A program made the position numbers and the translations under genes. From NCBI GenBank assembly GCA_965218435.1, contig CBDCKW010000009.1, forward strand, positions 3,200,001-3,264,000: DNA of 64,000 nucleotides, written 5' to 3'. Below are positions 38,877 to 48,367 of the stretch, in pieces (position 1 is the stretch's first letter; each line of letters opens with the position of its first letter). The DNA is from Truepera sp. Its GTDB lineage: Bacteria; Deinococcota; Deinococci; Deinococcales; Trueperaceae. Below the pieces are notes generated by a model. It was not told the origin of the DNA. It worked only from the letters and a program-made list of their open reading frames with translations, and ran no database searches.

Positions 38877-40031
38877 TTAGTCCAGCTTGCGTTTGAGGTC
38901 GTGCTGCGGTCTACCGCGCGCCCGAAAAGCCCTCAACTGCCTACGGCTTAACGGTACAGCGGCAAGAACGACCGTTACACGGCCCTCTAAAAACCGCTTG
39001 AACGCTCTAGCATACCGCTGTTCAATCGCCCGGTCTAACAAGTAAGCGAGCACGAGCATTCCGAGCACCGTGCCCCAGAATAAGACGTGAGGGTTTACGG
39101 TGGGGTAAGCCGCGTTAAAGATCATGTAGCCGATATTTTGGTGAATCAGGTAGAGCGGGTAGGTCAGGGCTCCCAAAGTCACCCAGTTGACCTCTGCGAG
39201 CCGCCCGGTTCGGCGCAGTGCTACGGCGACGAGGAGGACAAAAAACACCGAGATAATACCCGCGGTAACGTATGGGCTGAACTCCGTGTGATACTTCGCC
39301 TCGAGCTTAGGAATATCACCCAGCGCGTGATAGAGCGCGACCATCCAGGCTGCGCCGACGAGTCCTAGCCGCGTGGACGTCAGCCCACGAGAACGGATCA
39401 AAAAGCAAAAGGCACCGGCGATAAAGAGGGGCGAATAGTCGGTGATGAGCAAAAAGCCGAGTAGCGGTACCGGAGCGAATACAAGCACCACGCTCGCAAC
39501 CAGCCATAAGGTAAGCAGCAGCTGCGTCCGCCCCAGCTGCTTAAAGAGCAAGACAAGCGCGACCAGCGCGTAAAACCGCAGCTCGACGAAGAGCGACCAG
39601 TAAACCCCGTCTACCGAAGGCACCTTGAGAAAGCCGCTGAGCATCGTGAGGTTAACGGCGTACTGCGGCGCTGACACGCTAAAATGCGCTCCGCCAAAGA
39701 GCAAGGTGACGATAAAGGTAAGCGTACAACAAACCCAAAACATCGGGTAGAGGCGGGCAATCCGTGAGGTGGCAAACTTTTTTAAGGAACCGCTCGAGGC
39801 GCTCATCAAGATGACAAACCCGCTGATCATAAAAAACAGCTCGACGCCGAGACTGCCGTATTTGGCGGCGGGCACAAGAAGCGGGTACGGCATGGTGGAC
39901 AGGTCATCGGCAGAAAAGCCCCGAAAAGCGTAGTGATAAAGGACGACCGAAAGTGCTGCTAGAAATCTGAGCAGGTCGAGTTCGCCAACTCTATAAGCCG
40001 CTATAACCTCTGCCGAACGCGTTGTTTTCAT
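38877..40031 (-). CDS. Acyltransferase family 3 (OafA-like membrane O-acyltransferase)
   Basis: LDLLRFLAALSVVLYH, GVELFFMISGF, RIARLYP, WSLFVELRFY, YPLYLIH. Confidence 0.92.
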   Translation of the reverse strand: MKTTRSAEVIAAYRVGELDLLRFLAALSVVLYHYAFRGFSADDLSTMPYPLLVPAAKYGSLGVELFFMISGFVILMSASSGSLKKFATSRIARLYPMFWVCCTLTFIVTLLFGGAHFSVSAPQYAVNLTMLSGFLKVPSVDGVYWSLFVELRFYALVALVLLFKQLGRTQLLLTLWLVASVVLVFAPVPLLGFLLITDYSPLFIAGAFCFLIRSRGLTSTRLGLVGAAWMVALYHALGDIPKLEAKYHTEFSPYVTAGIISVFFVLLVAVALRRTGRLAEVNWVTLGALTYPLYLIHQNIGYMIFNAAYPTVNPHVLFWGTVLGMLVLAYLLDRAIEQRYARAFKRFLEGRVTVVLAAVPLSRRQLRAFRARGRPQHDLKRKLD

Positions 40032-40629
40032 ACGGGTAGGGTAGGGGCCAAACCCGCCTACGCCGCTGCACCCGTCACGTTATCAAGTCCAAGAAACGCC
40101 GTCAGAGACGTAAGTAAAATTGTTCACATCATAGCGTTGGTGTGAAAAAACGTCCGACGCGAACAGCCTTATTAGGCTAGGAAAAACTTTCGGCTAGCTG
40201 TCGGTTGGGGGCTGTCAAGGGGGTCTAAATTTCTGCTCGGCAGCTTAGGAAGGCTTCAGCAAGGTAAAAACGAGGGGTTTGCTACGCCGCCTGAGAAGGG
40301 GCCTTAGCGTAGAGGCTGAGGTTTCGGAAAGAAGGGGCTTGCTCGTCAAAACCGCTTTTGTGGCTTTTTGTACTCGAGTTCTGCCAAGCTTAAGCCGTTT
40401 AAGCGGGGGCTCGGTATTTCGGGTTACTGCTATCTGCGCCTAAGCAACCGACACCTACTTGTGCAGCCAACTACCGTCCAAGGACTGCTCTCAATATAAG
40501 CAGCAGATTTTTTCTAAAGACTTATTCTCCTGTAGCTCTCTACTTTGCGCCATTTCACGCGCCTGTCCCGCTCAAGCCTTAAGCTAATGCTAGCTAAGTT
40601 ACACTTCAGAACGACACACAAGGAGGCCC

Positions 40630-42318
40630 ATGCTAGGCACAGCGGAGATTAAAACGAACGTCGGGAGCGCGCTGCGGCGTATCGGCAAACAAAACGACCA
40701 GGGTGAGACGGTCGGGATTGCGTACTTGGAGCGCGGCACCCTGCAGATGATCCCCGTAGTGCTGCGTGTGCTCGGGTTTATTTTGGTTTTGAGCCTTTAC
40801 TTTTTGCAGCGCCCTCTAGCGGTGTTCGGGGTGGTACCGGGGCTCGAGACCCTAGCCAATACCCGCCTCATTTCGCCGTGGCAGTACGGGCTCGCCATTT
40901 TGATCTACGCCGTTTATTTCGTCGCCACGCTCGTGCGGAGCGGCTTTTTCAAAGGTCAGCCGGGGGTCGAGCTGCACTTTACCAAGCATCAGCGGATTGT
41001 GCGCACGCTTAAAGCAGGCCAGAGCGCACTCGTGGTAGACCCACGGGTACGGCCTTACGCCGCCGTATCCACCAAACCTTTCGTCCTCGACATGCCGCAG
41101 ATCGAGGGCACCACCGGCGACAACATCAGCTTGTCGTATAAAGGGGCGCTCATCGCCCAGGTTGAAGATACCTACCGGCTTGTCGAACGAGGCGGGTTTG
41201 AGGTCTTTTGTACACAGTTAGAAGAACTTTTTGAGAGTGTCATCAAAGACGAGATGCTGAGCATTTCCGCAAGGGATTTTAACCGCTTTCTGGTTGAGCG
41301 GGCGGCGTTTCCGGAGGGTGACGCAGTAGACGAAGAGAGTCTGACCGACCGACTCGCCGATTTGGAGAAAGAAGACCTCAGCCCAGAATTACTCTCAAAA
41401 ATTGCCAGCATCGCTGAACTCGACGTGTCACGGTTTGTACTCGACGAAAGCGGCTCTCCCCGGCGGCGAGTGCTCCTCGCCAAGCTGCAAGACCTCGCCA
41501 GCAGTTACGGCATCACGCTTTTAGACCATCTGCCGCAGGGCAACCTCACCAGCGACGACTATTTGCGCACCTTAGCGGTTGGGCTTGTCTCATCTATCAC
41601 GCGGGTGCGGCAGGCCACCGAGACGCTTAAAGATATCACCGAAGAGGAGATTTCCGAAGAGATTGCCGCGAAGGTCGCGGATGTGAGTTTGGGCGTGTTA
41701 GAGGTCGAGCGCATCATCCGTGAAATTGACGCCATCAAAGGCTCGCTGCAAAACCAGGCGACCGAAACCCAGATTATTCGGGCGCGGCAAGCGGCGATTG
41801 ACAATATCGTCAGCAGCTACCTGATCCCGGCACTGTCGCAAGTTTCGACGCTTAAAGAGCAGGTACGGGCGCGGAGTGTGCAGAGTGCGGGGCTGGAAAC
41901 GTATATTCAAAAACAAGGTGAGCTGTTAGAACGCCTCGAGGCGCAACTCGGCAGTTTACCCCGTGTGAGCCGCGTGGTGACTGACCAAACTGACGTAAGT
42001 CACATGATGCTGCAGGGTGACCTGTTGGGGGCGCTCTTGCAAGAAAGCGACGTGACGGCGGTGCTGCAAGAGTACAAACGGCGCGGGTTTGCCAGATTGG
42101 GGGGCTCAGGTCAGGAGGCGCTGGAGGCGTACAAACTCGATGTAGACGCGCTGATGAGCCAGTTAAGTAGAGCGTTGGAAGACGTGCCGACCGACTCCGG
42201 CACGAGAGTCGAGTACACGCCCGAATCGGTCAAACGCAAGGTCGAGGAGATCACGGCGAAGGCGAGCGTACCGGGCGCTGTTGACCTAGAACGTTACCAA
42301 GAGGAGGCCAGCTTATGA
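40630..42318 (+). CDS. Divergent SPFH/band-7-like membrane protein with coiled coil
   Basis: Two TM helices, beta-rich region ending EGTTGDNISL, later LQDLASSYGITLLD, then a long helical region; SD AAGGAGG. Confidence 0.6.
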   Translation: MLGTAEIKTNVGSALRRIGKQNDQGETVGIAYLERGTLQMIPVVLRVLGFILVLSLYFLQRPLAVFGVVPGLETLANTRLISPWQYGLAILIYAVYFVATLVRSGFFKGQPGVELHFTKHQRIVRTLKAGQSALVVDPRVRPYAAVSTKPFVLDMPQIEGTTGDNISLSYKGALIAQVEDTYRLVERGGFEVFCTQLEELFESVIKDEMLSISARDFNRFLVERAAFPEGDAVDEESLTDRLADLEKEDLSPELLSKIASIAELDVSRFVLDESGSPRRRVLLAKLQDLASSYGITLLDHLPQGNLTSDDYLRTLAVGLVSSITRVRQATETLKDITEEEISEEIAAKVADVSLGVLEVERIIREIDAIKGSLQNQATETQIIRARQAAIDNIVSSYLIPALSQVSTLKEQVRARSVQSAGLETYIQKQGELLERLEAQLGSLPRVSRVVTDQTDVSHMMLQGDLLGALLQESDVTAVLQEYKRRGFARLGGSGQEALEAYKLDVDALMSQLSRALEDVPTDSGTRVEYTPESVKRKVEEITAKASVPGAVDLERYQEEASL

Positions 42319-43634
42319 GTTTTAGAGACGTCGGTCAGCGTTTAGGCGATCAAGCGAAGGGCGGGCTCGAGGAAATCCTAGACAGCGGCTCGCGTGAAGT
42401 TGAAGCGGCCGTCGGTCGCCGCCTCGACCAGATGCTCGGCGCAGTGAAGCGCAACGTCCAAGAGGGCGACCTCAGCCGCTTTCGGTCGGTGGACGAAGAG
42501 CGTATTTTAAGCTTTGTGCCCGACAAACGCCGCCCCTCAGGGTTGGGACTTTTTACCCTGGGACTCCTGCTGCTGGTTTTACTTCCGGGCTGGCTTAAAG
42601 TTTTGGCCGTACCCGCCCTACTCTTAGGTGTCCTCGTCTTTGCCTGGCGCTATTTGAGCAACGCCCGCGTAGATGTGCCCGACGGTTATACCGGCGTGCT
42701 CTGCCGTTACGGACGACCGCTTGGGGGCCGTCAGGCACATACCGGACGCAACTGGCTCACCCGTTTCGACACCTTTATCCCCTTTTTAGTCTCGCAGCGC
42801 GACCAAGTTGTAGAACTCGAGGACGCCAACTTTACCGCCGACTACGCCAGCATCTCGCTCTCGCAACAGCTCGCCTTTCGCGTCACCGAACCGGCGGTAT
42901 TTATCGAGCGGAGCAGCCCCGGCAACATCATGAAAATCTTGAGCCTTTACGCAGGCTATTTGAACCTGCGCATCATCACCTCGATTGAAGACGCGCGGGT
43001 CAAGTTCAGCGGGCGCGACCGGATTGACAACATTATCGGAGCATTAAACGACAACCTGCGGGAGGGTTACGGCATCGAAATTGTCCGCGGCAGTATGCCC
43101 TCGGCCAATAACGACATCTTGCTCGATTTGGAGGCGATTCGGACGCTGCTTAAAGAGATCGAGGCGATGACCGAGACGCAGCAGGTGCGGGTTGAAGCGG
43201 CCGTCAAACAGGTCGAATCGCAGCTGCGCACCCGCCGTAAAGAGACGCGGAGCCGCGCGTTTGATCTGCAGCAAGCCAAAGTTCGGTTAGATACGAGCGT
43301 CGCCGAGCAGGTCGGGGCTGCCAAACAGACGAGTTTGGTCCGGGCGCGGCAAGAACTCGAGGCCGCCGCCTCAGAGGTGCGCCGCGAACTTGCAACTTTG
43401 GCTGCCAGAGAACAGAAAAACCAGGGTTTACAAGATTCGGTCGAGGGGTTGGAGCTCGAGTTTCGCCTGCGCCTCGCTGAACTTAAAGAGCGCTACGCCC
43501 GTCAGCTGTTACCCGAGCAGATCGAAGTGCTCGCGGTTAAAGGGTTGGGGCCGGGGCTGAGTTTGGGGCGGGCGCTGAGAGAAGCGGGTGGGTTGTTTAA
43601 GGCGTTGCCGGAGCTGGGGGATAAGGACGGTTAA
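42315..43634 (+). CDS. SPFH/band-7 domain membrane protein with coiled coil
   Basis: TM hairpin, VDVPDGYTGVLCRYG, FTADYASI...FRVTEPAVF, LREGYGIEIV, Ala/Glu coiled coil; ATGA overlap with the upstream gene. Confidence 0.72.
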   Translation: MSFRDVGQRLGDQAKGGLEEILDSGSREVEAAVGRRLDQMLGAVKRNVQEGDLSRFRSVDEERILSFVPDKRRPSGLGLFTLGLLLLVLLPGWLKVLAVPALLLGVLVFAWRYLSNARVDVPDGYTGVLCRYGRPLGGRQAHTGRNWLTRFDTFIPFLVSQRDQVVELEDANFTADYASISLSQQLAFRVTEPAVFIERSSPGNIMKILSLYAGYLNLRIITSIEDARVKFSGRDRIDNIIGALNDNLREGYGIEIVRGSMPSANNDILLDLEAIRTLLKEIEAMTETQQVRVEAAVKQVESQLRTRRKETRSRAFDLQQAKVRLDTSVAEQVGAAKQTSLVRARQELEAAASEVRRELATLAAREQKNQGLQDSVEGLELEFRLRLAELKERYARQLLPEQIEVLAVKGLGPGLSLGRALREAGGLFKALPELGDKDG

Positions 43635-43849
43635 GGAGCTGAGCGGCATAATAGGCCGATGACGCTTTCTCAACTTAGCAAAATACCTTTTACACAAAAC
43701 TTGCACCCCTTTTGAAGACGCACCTATTAAGGTTGACAGGCTAAAATAGCGAAAAGCTTTGGCAACAGAAGTCATTATGCAGTTTTTGCGCTCGTTAACT
43801 GCATAAGGCTATATACTTACAGCAGCTAGCAAAAGCGCAAGTGTGTCCT

Positions 43850-44068
43850 TTAGACGGTCACTTCGCAGCTACCTCTTGCATCATACCGCGCACAGTTGAA
43901 CCATAAATCCAGCTGCTGTTTAGAGCTTCCTATCGTGCCATATCTTCTTACACCCTGATCTACAGTTACAACCCCTCTGCACCGAGGACAGACAGCGGGT
44001 TGTGAAGCTAGGTAGCTATCAGCCATCGGACTTATTTCATCCAGACCATAATCCGCTTGATTGTCCAT
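43850..44068 (-). CDS. Small Cys-containing hypothetical protein (possible Zn ribbon)
   Basis: CPRC plus distal C residues; TACGAT -10 box 6 nt before ATG. Confidence 0.45.
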   Translation of the reverse strand: MDNQADYGLDEISPMADSYLASQPAVCPRCRGVVTVDQGVRRYGTIGSSKQQLDLWFNCARYDARGSCEVTV

Positions 44069-44470
44069 TGGCTGATCGTAACTGACCTAAAATAGTCGTA
44101 CTGTCGTGAGGCACCCTGATTTGTGTTGACGGGTCGAACAGGTTTGACTATCTCACCCTCGCACCTGAAACGCCAGAACGCGCAGGGCTTTACTGTCCGC
44201 AGTTGGATTTAAGGGCTTCGTTCGCCGAACAATTTTGGCAACGAAGGTGTGTCTCGCCTTCGTCGCTACGCCTTTCCCTATCGACAGCAACGCAATTCGG
44301 TTTAGCAACCCCAGGCCATCATTGAGCCATCTTTTCGGGGCGTTACCGCTAAGCCGAAGCTGCCCTTACCCAGCGACTGGAATCTTCTCATTCTTTCGTG
44401 AACCGCGCCGCTGTTACTCTCGACTAGAAGTCCCGACTTTGTTCGATTATCTTGGGCGTTCGGAGCATAA

Positions 44471-46000
44471 CTACTTGTCTACCGACTTTAAGTCAGACTT
44501 TGCCGGGCCGTTTAGCACCTGCCCGTGGGCGTCGAAACGCGAACCGTGGCAAGGGCAGTCCCAGGTTTTCTCGCCGCTGTTCCAGGCGACCACACAGCCT
44601 AGATGCGGGCAGACCGCCGAGTAGGTGTGGCGTACCCCCGCGTCGTCGCAGTAGACAGCGTGTTTGGTTGAACCAAAGCCGACAACCGCTCCGGTACCCG
44701 GTTCTATGCTGTCGGCGTTGCCCTTTCCCGGTGTTACCAGGTCGGTGTACTGAGCGGCGACGTTGAGAATTTCTTTAGTAAACTCACCCGCAGCTTTAGC
44801 AGGTTTGCGTTCAGGATCGTAGATAAGCGCCCAGGCGTTTTCTTTGCCCATAATCAGGTCGCGGATCAGCATACCCGCGATGGTGCTGTGCGTCATCCCC
44901 ATGCCGGAATCGCCGGTCACGACGTAAACGGCTTCGTCACCAGGGTTGCGGCCGATATACGCAAGGCCGTCAAGTGATTCATAAACCTGGCCCGACCAGC
45001 GGTAGGCGACCCTGCCCATACTTGGAAACCGCTCCCTGGCCCACGCCTCGAGCTTCCCGTAACGCGCGTCGTCGTCGTCGGCTTGACCGGTTTTGTGATC
45101 TTCACCGCCGACCAGCAGCAGCTCGGTCTCGCTACCGTCGAGCGTTTGTACCCTCACGTAGTGATAAGGGTCTTCGGTGTCCCAGTAAAGTGCTTTGGTG
45201 ACGCTACCACGGGGAATCTCAGCGGCGACGACGTAGCTCAGGTAAGGGGCTTGTTTGGTGTGAAGCGCCACGCGGTCGTTGATAGGCGAGTTGGTCGCTA
45301 CGACGACTGCGCTAGCTGTCACCGTAGCCCCTGAGCGAGTTCGTACTCTTGCAGGCTGACCGTCTTGAATCTCGTCTACCGCTGTACCTGTATAGATTTG
45401 ACCGCCACGTGCTTGAATAGCCCCGGCCAGCCCGTTTAGATACTCGAGCGGGTCGAACTGTCCCTGGTTGGGAAAGTGCAGGCACGGCAGCGTGTCGAAG
45501 TTGTCAAGTGGCGCTTTAGCCACGCGCTCTACGTCGGTGAGCCCGACCCGGTGGGCCGCGTCAAGTTCTTCGTCAAGCACTTTCCGCGAACTTCCGGGGG
45601 GAACGAACAGGTAGCCACTGACGCGCTCGAAGGTGCAGTCAATACCCTCTTCACGCGAAATTGCCTCGATCATGTCAACAGCAGCCGTATGGCTGTGAGC
45701 GGCTAGCCGCGCCTTTGCCTCACCGTGAATGCGGATGAATTCGCTGTAACGATCATCAAGGGCGTTTGACAGCTGCGCGGTCGTTCGGCCGGTGTTGCCG
45801 CCGCCAACTGGACCCTTATCGAGAACTACTACAGAACGGCCTTCGCGTACCAATAGGTAGGCGGTGGTTAGTCCGGCAAGGCCCGCGCCAACGATACAGA
45901 CATCGGTGGAAAGGTCGTGCGTGAGTTCGGACGTCTCGAGCAGGTTCTCTGCTTGCGGCCAGCTAGACAGTGTGCGACCGGTTCTTTGAGCGTGGCTCAT
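44471..46000 (-). CDS. FAD-dependent oxidoreductase with C-terminal Rieske 2Fe-2S domain (YhfW-like)
   Basis: VGAGLAG, TGRTTA; CPHLGC...WDCPCHGSRF. Confidence 0.92.
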   Translation of the reverse strand: MSHAQRTGRTLSSWPQAENLLETSELTHDLSTDVCIVGAGLAGLTTAYLLVREGRSVVVLDKGPVGGGNTGRTTAQLSNALDDRYSEFIRIHGEAKARLAAHSHTAAVDMIEAISREEGIDCTFERVSGYLFVPPGSSRKVLDEELDAAHRVGLTDVERVAKAPLDNFDTLPCLHFPNQGQFDPLEYLNGLAGAIQARGGQIYTGTAVDEIQDGQPARVRTRSGATVTASAVVVATNSPINDRVALHTKQAPYLSYVVAAEIPRGSVTKALYWDTEDPYHYVRVQTLDGSETELLLVGGEDHKTGQADDDDARYGKLEAWARERFPSMGRVAYRWSGQVYESLDGLAYIGRNPGDEAVYVVTGDSGMGMTHSTIAGMLIRDLIMGKENAWALIYDPERKPAKAAGEFTKEILNVAAQYTDLVTPGKGNADSIEPGTGAVVGFGSTKHAVYCDDAGVRHTYSAVCPHLGCVVAWNSGEKTWDCPCHGSRFDAHGQVLNGPAKSDLKSVDK

Positions 46001-46139
46001 CGCTCACCTCTTTCTGCGTTTGGGTAGATGGTTTTAGCTCAATTTCTAGAGGACGTCTTCACCGTATGAAGAGATACTATAAGCGTGGGAAGCTAGCTAT
46101 AGCTGCGCCTAATCAGGGGAATGTCTGCTACCGGGCTTA

Positions 46140-47153
46140 TCAGTTACGTTTCTCAGCCGCCTGTAAGAGCAGTGTCACAGCCGTAACTCCCGCAGCCACC
46201 GCAAGCGCAGTTAGGAGCGGATGGTTAGCTGCCCCTGTGTAAAGGCTCGAGTCCCTAACCCACCCTTGATAGTCGCCGCGCTCATCTAGGCTCGAGGTCG
46301 GCCGCTCGAGCGAACCTCCGGGGTACTGCACCGGATTGCCTGACTTTTGTTGGTCAAAAAAACCTTTTGTCTCCATCGCCTTGTCGGTCAGCCGCGGCGC
46401 GTAAGTACCGGCAGCCGAAATCATTTTGCCGCCGCTCCCAACAGTCAGGTCGCGTTTAGGCGTTTCGGCACAGTGTAAAATTGCCTCGGCAACCACTTCA
46501 GGGGCGTAAACGGGGGGCGGCAAGGTCGGCTCTTCGTCCAGATAGTTTTTAGCGTGATGTGGATACGGCGTGTCAATGCTCGAGGGTTTAATCAAGGTGA
46601 CTGAAACAGGCGCGTCTTCAGCCTCTAGTTCGACCCGGAGCGCGTCGGTAAAGCCTTTGACGGCATGTTTTGAGGTGGCGTACATCCCTTGCAGCGGAAT
46701 CGCCCGGTCTGAGAGTGCCGAACCGATGTTGATCAGTGCGCCGCCGCGGGTCTTAAGCTCCCGCACCGCCGCCAGCGACCCATAGACGAGTCCCCAGAAG
46801 TTCGTATCAAAAAGCTTGCGGTAGTCTTCGGTACTGCCCTCTAAAAGCAGCGCGAACATCCCTACGCCCGCATTGTTAACCCAAGTATCAAAACCGCCGA
46901 AGCGTTCCTGGGCCGCCCGCACAATACTGTGAACATCGTCTTCGTGACCGACATCGGCGACGGCGTAAACCGCTTCATGACCGGCGGCCTCGAGTTCCTT
47001 GGTAAGCTCCCGGAGGGCGTCCTCGTTACGGGCGGCGAGCACAAGCCGAGCCCCGCGTTTGGCTGCCAACCTTGCTGTAGCCAGACCGATCCCCGACGTT
47101 GCACCGGTGATAACGACAACTTGTTCACTGAGGTTTTTTAGCTTGACGTTCAT
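46140..47153 (-). CDS. SDR family oxidoreductase
   Basis: TGATSGIG, NNAG, YATSK. Confidence 0.92.
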   Translation of the reverse strand: MNVKLKNLSEQVVVITGATSGIGLATARLAAKRGARLVLAARNEDALRELTKELEAAGHEAVYAVADVGHEDDVHSIVRAAQERFGGFDTWVNNAGVGMFALLLEGSTEDYRKLFDTNFWGLVYGSLAAVRELKTRGGALINIGSALSDRAIPLQGMYATSKHAVKGFTDALRVELEAEDAPVSVTLIKPSSIDTPYPHHAKNYLDEEPTLPPPVYAPEVVAEAILHCAETPKRDLTVGSGGKMISAAGTYAPRLTDKAMETKGFFDQQKSGNPVQYPGGSLERPTSSLDERGDYQGWVRDSSLYTGAANHPLLTALAVAAGVTAVTLLLQAAEKRN

Positions 47154-47191
47154 CTTTCCCCTTTACTGTTCAAAACACGCCAGCTACACAG

Positions 47192-48358
47192 TTACGGAAC
47201 AAACACCGCTCTGACACACCCGTCTTCTTTATTTTTGAACATCTCGTAGCCGCGCGGCGCGTCTTCCAAGGAGAAGGTGTGCGTCGCTAAATACGAGGCG
47301 TCGAGTTCGCCTTTGACGGCGTGTTCTAAAAGGCGCGGCAGATACGCTTGCCCGTGTTGCTGGGCGGTACGTACGGTTAACCCTTTGTTGATCACGGCTC
47401 CGAGCGGAAACTTATCCATCAAGCCGTAGACCCCGACGATAGACAGGGTACCCCCTTTGCGACACGCCAGAATCGCCTCGCGTAAGGCCGTGCCGCGGTC
47501 GGTCTCGAGCCTCAGCGCCTGCTTAACCCGGTCGTAGGCGTAACCGACGCCGGTACCGTGCGCCTCCATTCCTACAGCGTCAATACACGAATCGGGGCCG
47601 CGCCCGCCCGTCAGTTCGCGGAGGGCCTCTAAGACCCCCACCTGCGTATAGTTCAAGGTTTCCGCACCAGCGTGGTCTTCGGCCATCTGCAGACGTTCCG
47701 GCAGCCGGTCGATCGCAATCACCCGCGCCGCGCCCATGAGATACGCGCTCCGCATCGCCATCAGCCCTACGCCGCCTGCGCCCCACACCGCCACCGTATC
47801 ACCAGGATGAATGTTGCAAAAGTCCGCCCCCATATAGCCGGTGGGGCCAGCATCGGACAAGAACAGCGCCTGTTCGTTCGTCAAGCTTTCAGGAACGCTA
47901 AAACAGTCCACGTCGGCGTGCGGTACCCGGATATAGTCGGCGTGCGAGCCTGCGTAGCCGCCAAAGGCGTGGGTGTAGCCGTAGATTCCGGCAGTCGGAT
48001 ACCCGAGCAGCGGTTCTTGCAACTCGGCGTTGGGGTTCGTGTTGTCGCATAACGAGTAGAGGTTTTGCTGGCAGTACCAGCAGGTCCCACAAGAGATGAA
48101 GGATGGGACGACCACGCGGTCGCCTTTTTTGACCTTGGTAACCTCGCGGCCGACCTCGACGACTTCGCCCATAAATTCGTGACCGATCACGTCGCCTTCG
48201 CGCATCGTCGGTATAAAGCCGTCGATAAAGTGCAGGTCGGAGCCGCACGTCGTTGACAGCAAAACTTTCAAGATCACATCTTTCGGGCTGACGATTTCAG
48301 GGTCAGGGACGCTTTCGACCCGGAGGTCGTTGACGCCGTTCCATACAAGTGCTCGCAT
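47192..48358 (-). CDS. Zinc-dependent alcohol/formaldehyde dehydrogenase (MDR, FDH-like)
   Basis: CGSDLH, GHEFMG, CGTCWYC...C, GAGGVG. Confidence 0.92.
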   Translation of the reverse strand: MRALVWNGVNDLRVESVPDPEIVSPKDVILKVLLSTTCGSDLHFIDGFIPTMREGDVIGHEFMGEVVEVGREVTKVKKGDRVVVPSFISCGTCWYCQQNLYSLCDNTNPNAELQEPLLGYPTAGIYGYTHAFGGYAGSHADYIRVPHADVDCFSVPESLTNEQALFLSDAGPTGYMGADFCNIHPGDTVAVWGAGGVGLMAMRSAYLMGAARVIAIDRLPERLQMAEDHAGAETLNYTQVGVLEALRELTGGRGPDSCIDAVGMEAHGTGVGYAYDRVKQALRLETDRGTALREAILACRKGGTLSIVGVYGLMDKFPLGAVINKGLTVRTAQQHGQAYLPRLLEHAVKGELDASYLATHTFSLEDAPRGYEMFKNKEDGCVRAVFVP

Positions 48359-48367
48359 AAAGGCTCC

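Noticed and set aside
40032..40629. Long intergenic region as an ncRNA or riboswitch
   Set aside because: No known motif recognised; an Rfam/Infernal scan would be needed.
43775..43806. Perfect 10-bp inverted repeat TTATGCAGTT...AACTGCATAA as a radiation-desiccation response motif
   Set aside because: Spacing does not fit the 17-bp RDRM and it lies between convergent gene ends; more likely a terminator-like hairpin.
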